Shown: positions 38,095 through 48,431, counted from the stretch's first letter. The stretch is DNA of 64,000 nucleotides from an uncultured Bdellovibrionales bacterium (GCA_937927435.1 CALBDW010000018.1:484-64483), one strand, 5' to 3'. Numbers and translations are program-made. Notes: generated from the sequence alone by a model not told the origin.

Positions 38095-40202
38095 GACGCC
38101 AACCTCCGTTCTTCGTTCATTTCTTCAGCCGCCAAAGGCAAGTGGAACGAAAACACCGTACCTTCGCCGGGCGCCGATCTCTTCAAAACGATATCTCCGC
38201 CGAAGTCGCGGATAAACCGGCGTGTGATCGTCAACCCCAAACCCGTTCCTTCTTCAACCTGTTTGGTTGTGAACTGGATTTCGAAAAGCTTCGCCGCGTT
38301 TTCCGGCGAAATACCGTTCCCGTTATCCTCGATTTCGACGTGAACCCGCCCTTCCGCGACCCCGGTTGAAATGCGGATCCGACCTTTTTCAGTCGACCCC
38401 GTCCGCCGCTTCTCTTCAATCGCCTGAATGGAGTTGCGGATCAAGTTCGTAAAGCATTGGATCAACTCATCCTTGTCCACCAGAACTCGATCGTCTTCGG
38501 GAGCAAGCTCCGTTGCGATTTCGATTTGCTGGTGATCCGTGAGATCCGCCATAATCTTCACGGCCTCCTGCGCGATATCACCGAGCGAATGGACCTTCAC
38601 TCCGTCGCGAGGACGGGTCAAAGCCCGCATTTTTTGCACGATCTTGTGAATTCGTTGGCTTTCTTTCAGGACGAAATCGACGTCGCTGACGAGAGTTTTA
38701 AACTCCTCGCCCAAGTTTTCTTCCACTTTCTTGAAATTTTCCATGTCCTCTTCCCAAAGCGACATGGATGGATTCACGGACGAAGGAGACTTCCAACCCG
38801 CCACAAGTTTCTCGAAACCGCCCGAAGCGAGATCAGCGTTCCAGCTTTGCACGATCCCTTTAATCAATGCGACTTCCTGAACCGCGCCCTGTTGCATGCG
38901 ATTTCGGATTTTTTCCAAGCGAGCCACCATGCTCGTTAAGGGATTCAAAACCTCGTGAGCCGCCCGCCCCGCGACTTCGCCCACCGTCGCCAAACGGGTC
39001 GTTTGTAAGAGAGCTTCCTGAGCTTGTTTTACGGCTAAGTTCTGCTCTTCGAGTTTCTTCGTCCTGTCTCTCACCTTTTTCTCGAGGTCGCGGTTGATCT
39101 CTTCGAGCTCCCGTCTGGACGCATGAAGATCCGCGATCATAGAATTGAACGCGTTGGCCAAAACGGCGATTTCGTCGCGGGTTTTGACCGAGGCCCGCGT
39201 GCTCAAATCCCCCTTCGAGACCCTCGCCATCGTTTCCGCGAGAGACTGGATCGGCCGCGTGAGCGAACGCGAGAAGAAAATCGCGGCCAAAAAGGCGAGA
39301 GTGAGCGCGATCGACGCGAAAATCAGCGAGCGGACCACAAGGCTCTCGACCGCCGCGAAGGCGTAACGTCCGTCCACCTGAGAAAGTACATAAACGCGTC
39401 CGCCGTAACCGGCTGAAAAAGCGCCGAGGTACTCATGGTCGTCATCCTTAAAACGCAAAACCCCCGTACGAACGGCTTGCGATTTCGCAAATTTGAATAG
39501 CGGATGACTCGCGTAGGGCCGGTTGGCCCACAATGCATCCGGACGCGAGTGAACGACAAGATCCCCTTTTTCGTTCACAACGATCATTTCATTCAGACGC
39601 GAGCCGGAGAAAGTCTGCAGGATCTTGTCCGCCCGTACAAAAACGATCATGGCGAAAGGAGCGACCTGCGAAGATCCTTTTGCGCCTTCGATTTCCGGCA
39701 CCACTGACCTTCCGAAACCGATCAGGGGCGGCCCCTCCTTCAAACTAGCATTCCAGACCGCGACGCCCTCCGTTTGAATCTCCGCAAACGGTATCGGCCG
39801 CAGTCGCGGCAGGATTTCCGTGAAGTAGGTTTCGGCGACTCCGTAGGTCTCGGCGTACTCCTTATCGAAATAGTAGACGTGATCGAAATTTCGAAAACTG
39901 TAGCTTGCCACGGCGAACGCGATATTGGAATCCGCGTTCAGGATATCGTGGACCAGGGCCCTTGAGTTCCGGCCCTGGGAAAGAATCGCCACCAGGCGCA
40001 TTTTGTCGGCGATCCCGCTGAAGAGAATGTTAAACTCTGAACTCAAGCTCGAAACGGAACTTCGGTTCAAGTCAAATACCAGCTCGATCTTGTCACGGCG
40101 AAAGATATGCGAAGCCAAAACGAGATACGAGACCACGCTGAACACGAGCAGCACGGTCGTGACGACTAGAAACTTGTACCGAATCGGGAACCGGTTCTTC
40201 AT
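38091..40202 (-). CDS. sensor histidine kinase (2 TM, extracytoplasmic sensor region, HAMP, HisKA, HATPase_c)
   Basis: Start moved to ATG 40202 (MKNRFPIRYKFLVVTTVLLVF). HAMP domain RSLTRPIQSLAETMARVSKGDLS. H-box AAHEVLNPLTSM. G2 box GTGLGLTITRRFI. Confidence 0.85.
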   Translation of the reverse strand: MKNRFPIRYKFLVVTTVLLVFSVVSYLVLASHIFRRDKIELVFDLNRSSVSSLSSEFNILFSGIADKMRLVAILSQGRNSRALVHDILNADSNIAFAVASYSFRNFDHVYYFDKEYAETYGVAETYFTEILPRLRPIPFAEIQTEGVAVWNASLKEGPPLIGFGRSVVPEIEGAKGSSQVAPFAMIVFVRADKILQTFSGSRLNEMIVVNEKGDLVVHSRPDALWANRPYASHPLFKFAKSQAVRTGVLRFKDDDHEYLGAFSAGYGGRVYVLSQVDGRYAFAAVESLVVRSLIFASIALTLAFLAAIFFSRSLTRPIQSLAETMARVSKGDLSTRASVKTRDEIAVLANAFNSMIADLHASRRELEEINRDLEKKVRDRTKKLEEQNLAVKQAQEALLQTTRLATVGEVAGRAAHEVLNPLTSMVARLEKIRNRMQQGAVQEVALIKGIVQSWNADLASGGFEKLVAGWKSPSSVNPSMSLWEEDMENFKKVEENLGEEFKTLVSDVDFVLKESQRIHKIVQKMRALTRPRDGVKVHSLGDIAQEAVKIMADLTDHQQIEIATELAPEDDRVLVDKDELIQCFTNLIRNSIQAIEEKRRTGSTEKGRIRISTGVAEGRVHVEIEDNGNGISPENAAKLFEIQFTTKQVEEGTGLGLTITRRFIRDFGGDIVLKRSAPGEGTVFSFHLPLAAEEMNEERRLAS

Positions 40203-40355
40203 AACGCTTTCCGGTGGCGGCTTCGCAGGCGCCGCCCTCGGTTCCTTATCGGCGGTTTTTTCGATTTCAAAACATGAAACAACACGGAACGCGGGCACAG
40301 TGCCCCAAAACAGGACATCCGTGCCCGGCGTGCTTCATCGCTGAACAGGAGAAAT

Positions 40356-41060
40356 TCAGAAGCGGGCCACGATCGAGAAATAGGGCTGCAGTTCCGCCTG
40401 CAGGGGCTTTGTGGAGAACGTTTGATCCGTGTACGAGTTACTCGGGTTGGTTCGATCCTCGAGGCTGCCTTTCGCGTACTCGACACTTCTGTAAATCAAG
40501 CTGGGACCGATCTGCAGCCAAGGCTTGAGCGTGAAGTTGTAGCCGAAGTTGATGAGGAAACCGCTCCCCTCTTTATTCGTGTAGGTCTGGTCCGAAACGA
40601 GGATGCCGGACGAGTTCTTGTACTTCATCGAGTACTTCCACTCGCTGCTCATGACGTAGGTGGCGATGAGCTTCCAGCCGCCGAAGAGAACGCCGAGCGA
40701 CGGACCGTACTCGGTGATCGTCGTCGAGCCTTCTTTAGGCTCGTGTCCGTTCCGGTTCGTGTTGGCGGTATACATGTTGTAAGAAAAACCGATGAGCCAC
40801 CGTCCATGGATCGCATACCCGAGAATCGCGCGGGCGTCGAGCCCCGCGACCGATTCTCTCCCTGGGTCCGCTTCGCCCGGAAGCGCGCCTCCGGCTGGGC
40901 TCCAATACTGGTTATGCGTCTGCCAAACCGGAATGAAGGAACCTTCGAGATAAAAGTTGCCGACATCCCGGCTTCGCGCAGACGCTTCCGATTGAGACAG
41001 TGCCACGCCCGCAAAAACAATCGCGTTTAGTAAAAGAAGAAATTTGCCGAATTTCTGCAT
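40356..41060 (-). CDS. outer-membrane beta-barrel protein
   Basis: Start moved to ATG 41060, giving signal peptide MQKFGKFLLLLNAIVFAGVALSQSEASA. It shows alternating strand pattern and ends YFSIVARF. It lies upstream of, and on the same strand as, the two kinase genes. Confidence 0.65.
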   Translation of the reverse strand: MQKFGKFLLLLNAIVFAGVALSQSEASARSRDVGNFYLEGSFIPVWQTHNQYWSPAGGALPGEADPGRESVAGLDARAILGYAIHGRWLIGFSYNMYTANTNRNGHEPKEGSTTITEYGPSLGVLFGGWKLIATYVMSSEWKYSMKYKNSSGILVSDQTYTNKEGSGFLINFGYNFTLKPWLQIGPSLIYRSVEYAKGSLEDRTNPSNSYTDQTFSTKPLQAELQPYFSIVARF

Positions 41061-41225
41061 GTGAGTGTCTCCACCATGACTCAATTTACTGAGCAATCAT
41101 CGTTTCAAAAAGAGAAAGAGCGCCTTAACAAGCCCTTAGTGTGAATTTTTTGACGAATATTCCGACAATAGTCTGGTAGGGCGCTTTTCGCGAAAAAAGG
41201 CGATGGTTTAAACACGGAGGACTTT

Positions 41226-44108
41226 GTGCCTGCTGAAGGATTGAACGGAACCAGGAAACTCCTCAAAGGGTTGGCGGCGTTCGCCCTTGTTCTGTCAATC
41301 ACGGGCTGCCTGGGAAATGGGGCTAAGCCTCCGAGCGAAAACGACGGCGCAGAGGGATCCTTCTGCGGAGAGGAAGTCGAGCAGACGTATGTCCCGATCC
41401 GTATCGACGGAGGCAAGCATCTCCGCTTCGATCCCAACGCGTTCAAGATTCTTTCAGATCCGAAATTCAATGTTCTTTCCGTCAATCTTTATGTCGAACT
41501 CGAGACGAAAAAGCCGAAATACGAAGTGACCGTCGGACTCAACGGCCAGATGGCGACCCGGAGCGACGGCTCGACCGACTTCGATCCGGATGACGGCAAA
41601 TTCAAAGGACACAAGCGTCTCCGTCTCGATAAGTATCGTTTGAACGGTGGCGAACCGCTCGCCAACACGATTTTAAGGCTGCAACTGCTAAGCGCGATCC
41701 TGAAAATCACGCTGCAAGGACCGCACATCTACGTGAAATCGGCGGCTCTCGTCATCAGAGGCTATTATCCCGGCCCGTGCCCGACGCCGACTCCCCAACC
41801 GACGCCGGCTCCCGTTGCACCTTCAGTTTCCATCACGAAAGTCACACCGGCGGCCGCCATGACCGCGAGCACGGACATCCACGTCGAGTTCACTTCAGAC
41901 CAACAAGGCGTGACGTTCCTCTGTTCGCTCGACGGCGCGAACGAAAGCGCATGCACGTCGCCTTATATCCGCTCCGGGCTTGCAAACGGCGAACACGTCT
42001 TTACGGTTCGCGCGCGTAACGCCTACGGCCTGACCGGTCCCGCCGCTGAGCACCGTTGGGTCATCGACACGGTTCCTCCTGTCGTCTCGGTCACGCAACC
42101 GGCGAGCCCGACGAACAAACGCTCCGCCTCCATCTCGTTCTCGTCCACAAAAGCCGGTGTATTCAAGTGTTCTCTTGATGGTGCGGCCCCCGCTCTCTGC
42201 ACTTCTCCCCATACAGTCACCGGATTGAGTGAAGGGCTGCACACGTTCACGGTTTACCAAACCGACAACATCGGGAATGTCGGCGTACCGGTGTCCGTGC
42301 AATGGTGGGTCGATCTCACAGCCCCGACCGTGCAAATCGTCGCGACCGAGCCAAGCGCGAGCCCCAGCTCTTCGAATTCGCGCGAAATCAGCTTCGCCGC
42401 AAGTGAAAGCGCGAAATTCGAATGCTCGCTCGACAGCGCAGCTTTCACAGCCTGCGAATCGCCCGTTCGACTCTCCGGCCTCGGTGAAGGCTCGCACCTG
42501 TTCGAAGTGCGCGCGACCGATGCCGCCGGCAACACGGGGCCGGTCGCAAGCGTGTCTTGGGTGACCGACCTTACGGCGCCCGTGATCAAACTCGGGTCCA
42601 TCCAACCGGCTCCGGGTCATACGAATGCGTCCGAATTCAAAGTGGAATTCTCCAGCAACGAACCCGCGAAGTTCTTCTGCCGCATCGACGGCGATGACGA
42701 AACCGAGTGCGAAAGCCCGCTGACCGGCAGCTTCGCGGAAGACGGGCGCCATACAGTTGAAATCACGGCTGAAGACTACGCGGGACTCCGCTCAACTCCG
42801 ATTCTGGTCTCGTGGATCGTCGACCGCGAAGCGCCCGAAATTCACTTCGCGGAACTTTTGCCTTCGTCAGCGGCTTACATCGCCTCGAACTTGCTTGAAG
42901 CCTACGTCCAGAGTCCGGAAGAGGTCGAGCTGCACGCAGCTCTCAACGGCGTGTTGCTCGGCGTTGTGCAGTCGCCGATCCGTTTGGAGAACCTTGCCGA
43001 AGGCACTTATGTTCTCGAAGTGGTCGGCTACGATATCTACGGAAACACAACCAACGAGATCGCGCACGCGTTCACCGTTGATTTGACAGCTCCTGCGCTC
43101 CACGTGACGTCGCAATATGGTAACGGTCAGGTCGTGAGCCGCACGTCGAACTCTTTCGAGTTCAGTGCGAATGAGCCGGTCGAATTCGAATGTGAACTCA
43201 ACGAATCCGGCTTCATCCCCTGCGCGAGCCCCTACGATGTTTCAGGTCTCATCGACGGCGAACATGTTTTCAAAGTCCGGGCTCGCGACCGGGCCGGAAA
43301 CCTGAGCATCGTGACCGAAACGTCTTGGACAGTTGACACCATCGCACCGAGCACAGACCTCACGGCCGTCCAAGTCGACGACGACACATATGATTTCATG
43401 TTCTCATCAAACGAGCCGGGCGCCCGCTTCCTTTGTTCGGTCGACGGGTCGGAGCCCGCTCCATGCGTGTCGCCTCATAGGCTCACCTTCGATGTGGGCA
43501 GCCACACGTTTACGGTTTACGCTGTCGACCAAGCCGGCAACATTGATCCCTCTGGTGCCAGCTATTCGCTCCATGTCCTGCCGGCGATCGCGACCTCTCT
43601 CAGGCACTCGGGCGTCGTTTTCACCAACTCGACCAGCATGACGTTCTCCTTCTCCTCGAACCACGACGACGCGAGCTTCCTGTGCTCGCTCAACGGCGCC
43701 GCGCCTGAGCCTTGCGTATCACCGATGACGGTTTCGGGCCTTGCCAACGGCCAACACACGTTCCTCGTTCAGGCCGTCGACCGGTTCGGCCGTGTTGATC
43801 CGGTCGGTGCCAGCCATACATGGACGGTCGATACGATCGCTCCCGTCATCATCGCATCGGACTACACAACAACCGCGACGACTCTCACGGTGACCTGGGC
43901 TCTCAACGAAGCTGCAACCGGCCGGCTCAGATGGGGAACCGGCTCGGCCTTGAATCGCGAGACGGAAGAGCGACCGGCCGCCCCCTCCCATCAGATCCAA
44001 TTGACGGGCTTAAGCCCGAACACGGTCTACTCGATCCAGATCACCGGACACGACGGAGCGGGCAACGAGTACAATGGTCCTGTCCTGCAAATTCGTACAC
44101 GCTTCTAA
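41226..44108 (+). CDS. large surface lipoprotein: N-domain, Pro-rich linker, 8 tandem Ig-like two-Cys modules, C-terminal FN3-like domain
   Basis: 960 aa with a GTG start and lipobox LSITGC. The repeated module is FxC(S/E)LDGxxxxxCxSPxxxxGLxxGxHxFxVxAxDxxGNxxxxxxxxWxVDxxAP. The tail TVTWALNEAATGRLRWGTG...LTGLSPNTVYSIQITGHDGAGNE is FN3-like. Confidence 0.8.
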   Translation: MPAEGLNGTRKLLKGLAAFALVLSITGCLGNGAKPPSENDGAEGSFCGEEVEQTYVPIRIDGGKHLRFDPNAFKILSDPKFNVLSVNLYVELETKKPKYEVTVGLNGQMATRSDGSTDFDPDDGKFKGHKRLRLDKYRLNGGEPLANTILRLQLLSAILKITLQGPHIYVKSAALVIRGYYPGPCPTPTPQPTPAPVAPSVSITKVTPAAAMTASTDIHVEFTSDQQGVTFLCSLDGANESACTSPYIRSGLANGEHVFTVRARNAYGLTGPAAEHRWVIDTVPPVVSVTQPASPTNKRSASISFSSTKAGVFKCSLDGAAPALCTSPHTVTGLSEGLHTFTVYQTDNIGNVGVPVSVQWWVDLTAPTVQIVATEPSASPSSSNSREISFAASESAKFECSLDSAAFTACESPVRLSGLGEGSHLFEVRATDAAGNTGPVASVSWVTDLTAPVIKLGSIQPAPGHTNASEFKVEFSSNEPAKFFCRIDGDDETECESPLTGSFAEDGRHTVEITAEDYAGLRSTPILVSWIVDREAPEIHFAELLPSSAAYIASNLLEAYVQSPEEVELHAALNGVLLGVVQSPIRLENLAEGTYVLEVVGYDIYGNTTNEIAHAFTVDLTAPALHVTSQYGNGQVVSRTSNSFEFSANEPVEFECELNESGFIPCASPYDVSGLIDGEHVFKVRARDRAGNLSIVTETSWTVDTIAPSTDLTAVQVDDDTYDFMFSSNEPGARFLCSVDGSEPAPCVSPHRLTFDVGSHTFTVYAVDQAGNIDPSGASYSLHVLPAIATSLRHSGVVFTNSTSMTFSFSSNHDDASFLCSLNGAAPEPCVSPMTVSGLANGQHTFLVQAVDRFGRVDPVGASHTWTVDTIAPVIIASDYTTTATTLTVTWALNEAATGRLRWGTGSALNRETEERPAAPSHQIQLTGLSPNTVYSIQITGHDGAGNEYNGPVLQIRTRF
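41820..43844 (+). repeat. 8 tandem coding repeats of about 255 nt (about 85 aa) inside the lipoprotein gene
   Basis: Module starts: VTFLCSLDGANESAC, VFKCSLDGAAPALC, KFECSLDSAAFTAC, KFFCRIDGDDETEC, ELHAALNGVLLGVV (the fifth has lost both Cys), EFECELNESGFIPC, RFLCSVDGSEPAPC, SFLCSLNGAAPEPC. The copies are diverged at the DNA level. Confidence 0.8.
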
Positions 44109-44136
44109 TGAGGGCAGGGCGCCCGTGGCGCCCCCC

Positions 44137-44769
44137 CTAAGCGATCCAGTTACGACTGCTCCTGACCAGTCTCGGACGAACGGCGATGAAATAATAAAAG
44201 ATTCCGACAAACGCCCCTCCGAGATGTGCCCCATGCCCGATGGGAAGACCTCCACCTTTCGCTTGCGCACTTAATCCCCATAAATCCAGGCCGACGAACG
44301 CGAGAGCGCCCATAAGCGCAGGCACCGGTATGATTCCGAAGAGCAAAATTTTTTCTCTGGGGAAAATAAGGGAAAACAAAAGAACAACGCCACAAACCGC
44401 GCCCGAAGCTCCGAGTGCCGCAAGCCCCGGCTCCTCAAGCAAATACGCGGAAACAACAGCATGAACCAAAGATCCAAATATGCCGGCCCCAAGATAAAAA
44501 GAGAAAAACCGCAGATGACCGAGAAACGGTTCCAGCACGCGGCCAAAACTGCTGAGAACCATCATGTTGAGCAAAAGATGGATCAGAAGGGAGTGCGAAA
44601 AAACGGAAGAAAGGCAAACCCACCAACGCCCTTCTAGCAAGGCGTCCCAACTGACCAAGAAGTTTTCTTCCATGAAAAGGTAGCTGGGAATGCCGAAAGT
44701 CCACATCAAGAAGACCGCGACATTGATAAGAATGATGGCGGTGACGAAATAACTTCGCCGCGATCCCAA
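44137..44769 (-). CDS. rhomboid-family intramembrane serine protease (possible rhombosortase)
   Basis: 210 aa with 6 TM helices. HxxxN in SLLIHLLLNMM, catalytic GxSG in LGASGAVCG, and catalytic His in GHGAHLGGAFVG. It starts 23 nt after the hybrid kinase stop. Confidence 0.85.
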   Translation of the reverse strand: MGSRRSYFVTAIILINVAVFLMWTFGIPSYLFMEENFLVSWDALLEGRWWVCLSSVFSHSLLIHLLLNMMVLSSFGRVLEPFLGHLRFFSFYLGAGIFGSLVHAVVSAYLLEEPGLAALGASGAVCGVVLLFSLIFPREKILLFGIIPVPALMGALAFVGLDLWGLSAQAKGGGLPIGHGAHLGGAFVGIFYYFIAVRPRLVRSSRNWIA

Positions 44770-44792
44770 AGCGCTTCCCTCCTCTCGCCGAC

Positions 44793-47636
44793 TTACATAT
44801 TCAGCGCTTCTTTGATCCCTCTTATCAACGCCTTACGCGTCACCGGCTTCGTGAGGTGAGCCTGACATCCAGCCGCCAGCGAGCGCTGCACTTCCTCGGC
44901 CAGCGCGTGCGCCGACAGCGCCACGATCGGTCGCTTGAAATTTTGCTGCCGAAGTCTGCGCGTAGCTTCAAGTCCATCCATACGCGGCATCTGAATATCC
45001 ATCAGAATCAAATCGAAGTCGCTTTCAAGAGCCTTTTCCAGGGCCTCCGCACCATCGCGGGCGACCTGGATTTCTGCACCGGTTTGTTTCAAGTAGGCCC
45101 GTATTAAAGCTTCGTTGTCAGGAGAGTCTTCGGCAAGAAGAATCCGCGTGCCGGTCAAGTCAGTTTCCGAAATATCGGACTCCACCGAGCGCACCTTGCC
45201 ATCCCGGCCTTTTTTCTCTTTAATCGTGCGGCTTTCGACCGGCAGGATGAGCCGGAAAACCGAACCCTGCCCCGGCGAGCTGTGAAGCAAGCTCAGGCTT
45301 CCACCCAAAGCTTCGGCGAATTTTTGCGACAACGCGAGCCCCAGTCCCGTTCCTCCAAAACGCCGCGTGACCGAGGAATCCCCCTGCGAAAACGGCGCAA
45401 AAAGATTTTTGCGGAACTCATCGGGAATCCCTATGCCTGTGTCCTCGACATCGATCACCAACGATGAACGACTGTATTTAGATTCCGGCAGGAACGAGAC
45501 CCGGGTTTCAATGAAGCCTTTCGTTGTGAATTTCGCGGCGTTACCAAGGAGATTGGTTAGAATCTGGCGGAGCCGCACAGGGTCGCTCATGATCGTTTGC
45601 GGAACGTTATCACTGATCACGAGACGGGTTTTGATATTCTTGCCCTGGATCATAACCGAAAGCGAATCATGCACGTCCCGGATCAAATCAATGGCTGAGA
45701 ACGGCACTTTTTCGAACTCGAGACGATCAGCTTCGACTTTGGAAAGATCCAATATGTCGTCAATCAGATGAAGAAGTTGGTCGCCGTTAGCACGAATCCG
45801 TTTGCGATACTCCTCGCGTTCCTCTTCCGTAAGCCCTTTGTCGCCCAGGAGATCGGTGAACCCCAGGATGGCGTTCATAGGTGTGCGGATTTCATGGCTC
45901 ATGTTTGCGAGAAATTGGGATCTCGCCTGGCTGGCGATTTCAGCGCTCGCCCGGGCGGCCTTTTCAGCTTCAAACAAACGAGCTCTTTCGATCGCAAGCG
46001 CCGCCTGCTCGGCGAGAATCACGAAATAGCTCTTGCGCTCGGGAGAAAAAACCTCGGTGCTTTCAAAAGCGAGACTGATCGCGCCGAGCACCTTGTTATG
46101 GCTGAGAAGGGGAAGCACCGCGAGCGACTGAAGCTTATCTGTCCCAGGAATCTGATTAAGCTCCGGATAGCGCTGCTTAACTTCCTCGCGACTGTAAATA
46201 TAGATCGGAGACTTCGAGCTGCAGGCGTCCAGCGCAATACCCCTAAAGTGATTGGCATCGGTGTCCAGCCGCACCTTGTCCTGAAGCTTGTCGTAAACAA
46301 CTTGAATGTCCCGTTTATCGTCGTCCGTCATGAGCACAACGCATCCAGCCGAAGCGTCGACCGCCTGCATGCCCTCTTCAATGATCACACGCGCGATATC
46401 CTCGACACTGTCGCTTTGCATGAGTTCGTTGGCGATCGCCTGTAACCGGATCACTTTTCTCTGTATGCGAGCCTGACGCTCTTCGGCCACCTTGCGGTCG
46501 TGAATGTCGGTCGTCGTTCCGAACCATTCTATCAGGTTCCCATTTTCATCCCTCACGGGCACACCGCGGGATAAAAACCAGCGGTAAGCTCCATCTTTGC
46601 GGCGCAGACGGACTTCGAACTCAAAGCCCTCGCCCTGTTTCAGAACCCGCTCCCAGAGCTTCCTCGTTCTTTCGAGATCGTCCTGATGAACGAGTGAAAG
46701 CCAGCCACCGGTTTCCGGATTCGTCACTTCCAAACCGGAGTACTCGGCATATCTTCGGTTGGCATAGGTAAGCGTTCCGTCCGGCGCGGCTGTCCAGACG
46801 AACTCCGGCAAGTACTCGAGCAGCAGCCGCGTCTTGCCTTCACTCTCGCGGATTTTCCGCTCCATCAATTTTTGCTTTGTTGCGTCCGCGACGACAAAGA
46901 CAGCACGGATAACCTCATTCCGCTCATCGCGTATCAGACGGCAGCGAGAATGGATCCACTTCGGCCCCTTCTTTTCGCGATCATAAACACGATAATCTAT
47001 ATCGAAGCTCTGCCGGGGGTCCCTGCGGATCGCCTTGACGATCCTTTTTAACCGATCCGCATCTTCGACATACACCCTCGTAATAAACTCCTTAAACGAC
47101 AACGTCTCTTGTTTTTCGGTGAAGCTGAAAATGCGCCGGGCGTTTTCATCCAAGGTGATGGTATACTCCTTGACACTGAACTCGCCGATACCCATGTCCG
47201 CGCTTTCGAGTGAGAGCCGTAGGCGGACGTCCCGCTCCTCGAGTCTGCGCTCAATTCCCTTCAAATCGGTGACATCCGTTTGTAGAACGACGATACCGAC
47301 CACCTCGCCACCCTTTCGATCCGGAACATATGTGCCGCGGTAGTACCGGCGTTCTCCGAAACGGTTCACGAGACTGATCTCGACATGAGTGATAATCTCA
47401 CCTTTAAGAGCACGGTCTAAACAGGGCCGGATACGGCTGTAGGTTTCATCACCCAAGATTTCGCTGATGTGATGCCCTACTATGTTCTCCCGATTTCTCC
47501 CGAAAACGCGGAAATATGCCTCATTGATGAAGCGGTAGCGGTGGTCGGGCGTGACATAGGCGACCAAAGCCGGCAAGGCGTTGATAATGCCCTCAGAGTT
47601 CCAATTGTTTGCGATATCTTTTTTTCTCTTTTGCAC
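44793..47636 (-). CDS. hybrid sensor histidine kinase (PAS x3, GAF, HisKA, HATPase_c, REC)
   Basis: 947 aa. H-box [17 protein letters not shown]2 box [13 protein letters not shown]-terminal REC domain [13 protein letters not shown]...[14 protein letters not shown]...LTKP. There are no TM segments, so it is a cytoplasmic sensor. Confidence 0.9.
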   Translation of the reverse strand: MQKRKKDIANNWNSEGIINALPALVAYVTPDHRYRFINEAYFRVFGRNRENIVGHHISEILGDETYSRIRPCLDRALKGEIITHVEISLVNRFGERRYYRGTYVPDRKGGEVVGIVVLQTDVTDLKGIERRLEERDVRLRLSLESADMGIGEFSVKEYTITLDENARRIFSFTEKQETLSFKEFITRVYVEDADRLKRIVKAIRRDPRQSFDIDYRVYDREKKGPKWIHSRCRLIRDERNEVIRAVFVVADATKQKLMERKIRESEGKTRLLLEYLPEFVWTAAPDGTLTYANRRYAEYSGLEVTNPETGGWLSLVHQDDLERTRKLWERVLKQGEGFEFEVRLRRKDGAYRWFLSRGVPVRDENGNLIEWFGTTTDIHDRKVAEERQARIQRKVIRLQAIANELMQSDSVEDIARVIIEEGMQAVDASAGCVVLMTDDDKRDIQVVYDKLQDKVRLDTDANHFRGIALDACSSKSPIYIYSREEVKQRYPELNQIPGTDKLQSLAVLPLLSHNKVLGAISLAFESTEVFSPERKSYFVILAEQAALAIERARLFEAEKAARASAEIASQARSQFLANMSHEIRTPMNAILGFTDLLGDKGLTEEEREEYRKRIRANGDQLLHLIDDILDLSKVEADRLEFEKVPFSAIDLIRDVHDSLSVMIQGKNIKTRLVISDNVPQTIMSDPVRLRQILTNLLGNAAKFTTKGFIETRVSFLPESKYSRSSLVIDVEDTGIGIPDEFRKNLFAPFSQGDSSVTRRFGGTGLGLALSQKFAEALGGSLSLLHSSPGQGSVFRLILPVESRTIKEKKGRDGKVRSVESDISETDLTGTRILLAEDSPDNEALIRAYLKQTGAEIQVARDGAEALEKALESDFDLILMDIQMPRMDGLEATRRLRQQNFKRPIVALSAHALAEEVQRSLAAGCQAHLTKPVTRKALIRGIKEALNM

Positions 47637-47834
47637 TTTTTCCCAACGCTGTGATCAGATGCCGTTCCCGTCCTGCCTTGAACCGGCTGTTGATACTGTT
47701 ATCCACGCCATACCATGACTGGGCAAAAGGTGCCTCGCCCGAGCGGGCCATGTGTAGAACTCTACTTATTTTTCTCAGGAATTTTTTAAGAAAATTAAAC
47801 AAATCCCTCTTGGTGACAGTGCGCGCCGGTGCGC

Positions 47835-48413
47835 TTAAACCGTGGCGGAAATGCCCTCTTCTTCCTTTCTAAGATCCGCCTTTAAAGACAGCTTCTGTTG
47901 CTCGGTCAAGAGCGCGTCAACCAACCGCAGCGTACGGGAATCTTCTCGATGCAGATAACGCTCAAGGCTATCTCGCAAAATCTCAAAACGGGCGCGCCAC
48001 AACGGATCGGTCGGATCCACTTGGCCGATTTCATTTAGCCACTCTTCAAAGATGCGATGTTCCTCGCAATGGCGGGTCACCAAACGGTCCAGTTCTTCGT
48101 CACCAAACGTCCTCAGCTTCGAATAGATCACCCGCTCTTTCATCCGGAATAGAACAGCAAGTTGCTGTCGCAACTGTTCCAGTAACTCGGTCCGTCCGCT
48201 GACGGCTTTCTCCGTCGTTTTATCCAGACCGTTGATAAGTTTCCGGATATCGTTATGCCGCTTCTCAAAAAGCTGTTCAATCTGATGGCGTCCCACGCTT
48301 TCATGGTAAAAATGAGAGAGGGCGGCCGCAACTCCATTCCACCGTGTTTTCGAAAACGACACCGATGCGCCCGGGATGTGAATAGACGTCGAAACTTGAG
48401 GCTCCCACTCCAC
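47835..48413 (-). CDS. hypothetical protein, possibly hemerythrin-like (HHE cation-binding) domain; start uncertain
   Basis: 192 aa from GTG 48413, only 18 nt from the divergent cobB start. His/Glu pairs occur on helices (HFYHESVGRHQIEQLF, HCEEHRIFEEW, YLHRED). The assignment is weak. Confidence 0.4.
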   Translation of the reverse strand: MEWEPQVSTSIHIPGASVSFSKTRWNGVAAALSHFYHESVGRHQIEQLFEKRHNDIRKLINGLDKTTEKAVSGRTELLEQLRQQLAVLFRMKERVIYSKLRTFGDEELDRLVTRHCEEHRIFEEWLNEIGQVDPTDPLWRARFEILRDSLERYLHREDSRTLRLVDALLTEQQKLSLKADLRKEEEGISATV

Positions 48414-48431
48414 TCATATAGGATTCATTCC

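Noticed and set aside
41895-42752. 285-aa antisense ORF inside the repeat lipoprotein gene. Similar long antisense ORFs occur at 10382-11107, 18838-19677, 22170-22883, 33281-33691, 54365-54952 and 60341-60634.
   Set aside because: All lie opposite well-supported genes. They have Arg/Gly/Asp-biased compositions, no Shine-Dalgarno and no recognisable motifs.
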